Under the pieces are notes generated by a model. It was not told the DNA's origin. It saw only the letters and a program-made list of their open reading frames with translations, and searched no databases. DNA of 63,441 nt, counting the filler, from Octopus bimaculoides (Eukaryota), in assembly GCF_001194135.2 (NCBI RefSeq). It is 5 parts of 4 records of this genome, joined end to end, with 100 filler letters (N's around TTAATTAATTAA, not from the genome) between each part and the next. Parts side by side here need not be neighbours in the genome. Positions count along the whole stretch, not along the records: positions 48,753 to 63,441 come from NC_068999.1; 4 more parts are not named here. The stretch is one strand, 5' to 3'. The position numbers were made by a program, and so were the translations under genes. Every line of letters begins with the position of its first letter. The first letter of the stretch is position 1. Positions 60,481-63,441 of the stretch are shown here, piece by piece.

Positions 60481-62776
60481 ATTATTGTTGCCTTATTTCT
60501 TGTTTCAATGATGTTGCCTCTGTGTATCTGTTGGCCATATTGTACACAGAAGAAATATAACAAAACGATAAACAACAAAACGATAAAAAAAAACAACAAA
60601 AACCAAAAAAATGTCCGATAACGAAAACCGAAAATGTTTTCTATTGTCACTGAAACATATTTTAATTTTTCGAATTTGCTCTTCTAAAATTAGAACGTAT
60701 TAAATATGCTCTATTACCATTTTGTTTTTAAAATTGTTTATTTGTTTATTTACCTTATCGTATGTATTACTTTTAATTTTTTTTTTCACTCAATCTAAAC
60801 ATGTCATCTGCACCTGGTTTCATATATCGTCTGCCTTTTTCCTCCATTTTAAATTTGTTTTGAGATCAATATTTAAAAATAATAAGATAATTTTAAGCAG
60901 AGCAAGCGTTGTAGATCATCGGAGATGTATCGGCGGAGCGGAGTGGAGGAGAAGTAAAGAGTCTTTGCAATATTCACATGTTCCAGTTTTTGCTTGGGAA
61001 TTTCAAAGGTGTTTCTTTCTCCCAACGGTGCATGACCAACGACCTGCAACGTTCGACAATATGTTACACTATTAATTGTAATCGAATTTCTTTCAAACCC
61101 ATCTCTCTCTCTTTCTCTCTCTCTCTCTGTTGCTCTATTGCTCGTTCTCTCTTTCACATACTTAAACACAATCAGATACATACATACATACATACATATA
61201 CACACATTGATACACATTTATATATAATCATATACCGTATATATGTATATATATATATATNNNNNNNNNNNNNNNNNNNNNNNNNNNNNNNNNNNNNNNN
61301 NNNNNNNNNNNNNNNNNNNNNNNNNNNNNNNNNNNNNNNNNNNNNNTTATATATACACGTACAAATTAATGTATGTGTATGAATACTTAAGTAACGATAA
61401 GAAGAAATAATTGGCGAGTTATGTATTGAGAAAGTTGTGGAAACACGAGAAAGAATATAATATAAAGTTTTGCTGTGTCATGGGAGAGTCACTATGCCAA
61501 TATTAATAACATACATACAAGTTAAATTCCAGACTTTTATTATTGGTCAGTTGGTTAAATATCCAACTAACCAATCGATTGTTTGTTTAACTTGGTTAAA
61601 CAGAAAGTCGTTTATTTTGTTATCAATTGACTAATAATGAAGGAATGGAATTCAACCAGTGCATGTGTTATTGATATTGGCATTATGACTCTCACTGGAC
61701 CAACAAATTCACATAAACAATCTTGCAGATACAGAAACGAAGTACAATATCAAAACCACATATTGGATATATTCTAAAATAATCCACAAATAAGTAAAAT
61801 TATGGAAATCTTAAAATATTCAGAAGAAATTAGTTAAAATGGAGGGTTGTTTTGAGGGTAGAGTGTGTGTCTATCGTCATCCAACATGTCATTCATTTTT
61901 CTTTTTAGACAAGTGGATGTAATTTGATGGCGATTTAGCAGCCATATCTACCAGGCTGGCCATTTTGTAAATGCTTTCGTGTTGTTTTCTAGTATTTCAT
62001 ATTGCTGCTGTTGCTACTCTTGTCATTGTGGTTGTTATTTAAACCGAAATAAAGCTCTGAATGAGTAACACACTAACAATCAATGCATTCCAACCATGAC
62101 AATCCCGTCTTTACTTCAGGCAATGTATCTACAACTATGCAAATCCAATGTAAACCTTCATATTTTTCATGTCAATAAGATGTATAAATTCTAGCTGCTA
62201 TTTCTAGTAAGTGAAAGGCAATTTTTAAAGTAAATTTTTGATTCCTCGTTAAAAACACAATTACCAAACATTTTGTTTTAGTCTTTTCTCTTTTATTTTC
62301 ACAACTGCTAGATGACATTTTAAGCACAAAACATTCTATTGGATGGAATAAATAGGCGGTCTTTTACGGACCCTGGATGGAAATGAAATGAGTGTGGAGC
62401 GGCGTAAGAACAAATAATGCTCTATGCTCCGTTGTTTTTGCTGTTCTTTGTAAATAGGCAGAGTGCCAGTTGTATAAAGAGAATTGGTAAAGCTAACTGA
62501 ATTGTGCTTCTCAGTGGCTTATTTTATCGATCTATAGGAAGAGAGAATAATAGATAAAGATTAACGACAACTCCACCGGGATGGGATTTGAAACTAAGAA
62601 TGTTATGGCACCGAACCAAATAACTTTCTATTCTACACAGAAAACAGCAAAAATAACAACAGCAACATTAACTGGCCAGAGAGTCACTATGCGGTCGCTC
62701 AAGTTGTTAGAAATAGCAGCAAAAAGCTTCCTTAAATCAAGCAGCACGGTCTTAAACAAATACATTATATTTTTAG

Positions 62777-62960
62777 GCGTAGGCCCGGTTGTGTGGTTAA
62801 GAAGCTTGCTTTGCAACCAAAATGTTTTGAATTTCGAGTTGCGGCCCACCATATGACATCTTTAGCAAGTGTTTTCTACTGTATATATACACCACGGACT
62901 TCTACACAGTTTCTGCCAAATTCCCTCCCATGTCAGTGATCGGTTGTAGCTGTAGTAGAA
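62777..62960 (+). mobile_element. Degenerate SINE family A head
   Basis: AGGCGTAGG...GTGTGGTTAAGAAGCTTGCTT...GCAAGTGTTTTCTACTGTA. Confidence 0.65.
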
Positions 62961-63403
62961 AACACAGACACACACGCACACACTCCTACTAAAAATATAT
63001 GACTGTCAAAACCATTATATTCCAGTTCGCTTCCAACTTTAATAGTGACAACAACATGAATAAGGCTACATGGATACGTTTTTAATCAGCATGAAATCTG
63101 AATGCAGCCGATCCAACTGGATGCAAATGAACACCACATAATAAGATATCAATACAGCAGAAACATATGTCAGACAGAGGTTTGAAGAGGATATACTGTG
63201 CAAAAGAATAATAATAGAAACTGTAGATGTATAATTCTCCATCTTTATTTCATTTTAATGACTTGGATATACACTCATTCAACTGTTTATAATCTAACGA
63301 AGCGGACTCAGAATTTACCCATCGAGTGTAATACATTGTGATTGCTTATTTTATATAATCCCAGATTATCCCATATCACTCAATGCGGTGAAACCAGATT
63401 TTG

Positions 63404-63441
<38 letters not shown>

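Overview
Eukaryotic, AT-rich, microsatellite-saturated scaffold from a draft assembly. About 9 kb is N, and four joins are synthetic 100-bp spacers (N44-TTAATTAATTAA-N44). The SINE families and repeat make-up suggest an octopus/cephalopod genome; this is inference, not a database hit. No confident host protein-coding gene was found, only a possible exon end at 1-287. Nearly all long ORFs in the supplied track are artefacts of microsatellites or N runs. The recognisable content is mobile DNA: a nearly full-length Penelope-like retroelement (RT plus GIY-YIG), Tx1/L1-like LINE relics, three families of REL-endonuclease LINE 3' ends (two of them in TAA/TTA repeats), pogo/Tigger, mariner and Tc1 relics, two non-autonomous Helitrons with both termini, a MITE-like hairpin, many tRNA-type SINEs and a TSD-flanked 5S rRNA retrocopy. 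The best finding is a complete type I hammerhead ribozyme at 35020-35066 (+), with a U3-A8 core variant, a GUC cleavage site and a palindromic stem III. It sits in a highly base-paired 366-nt unit that starts repeating at a gap edge and has a near-identical second copy at 28986-29249. This fits a non-LTR retrozyme, i.e. a self-cleaving, probably circular RNA element. Two fold-back relics with partial hammerhead motifs also occur (18.7 kb and 39.8 kb).
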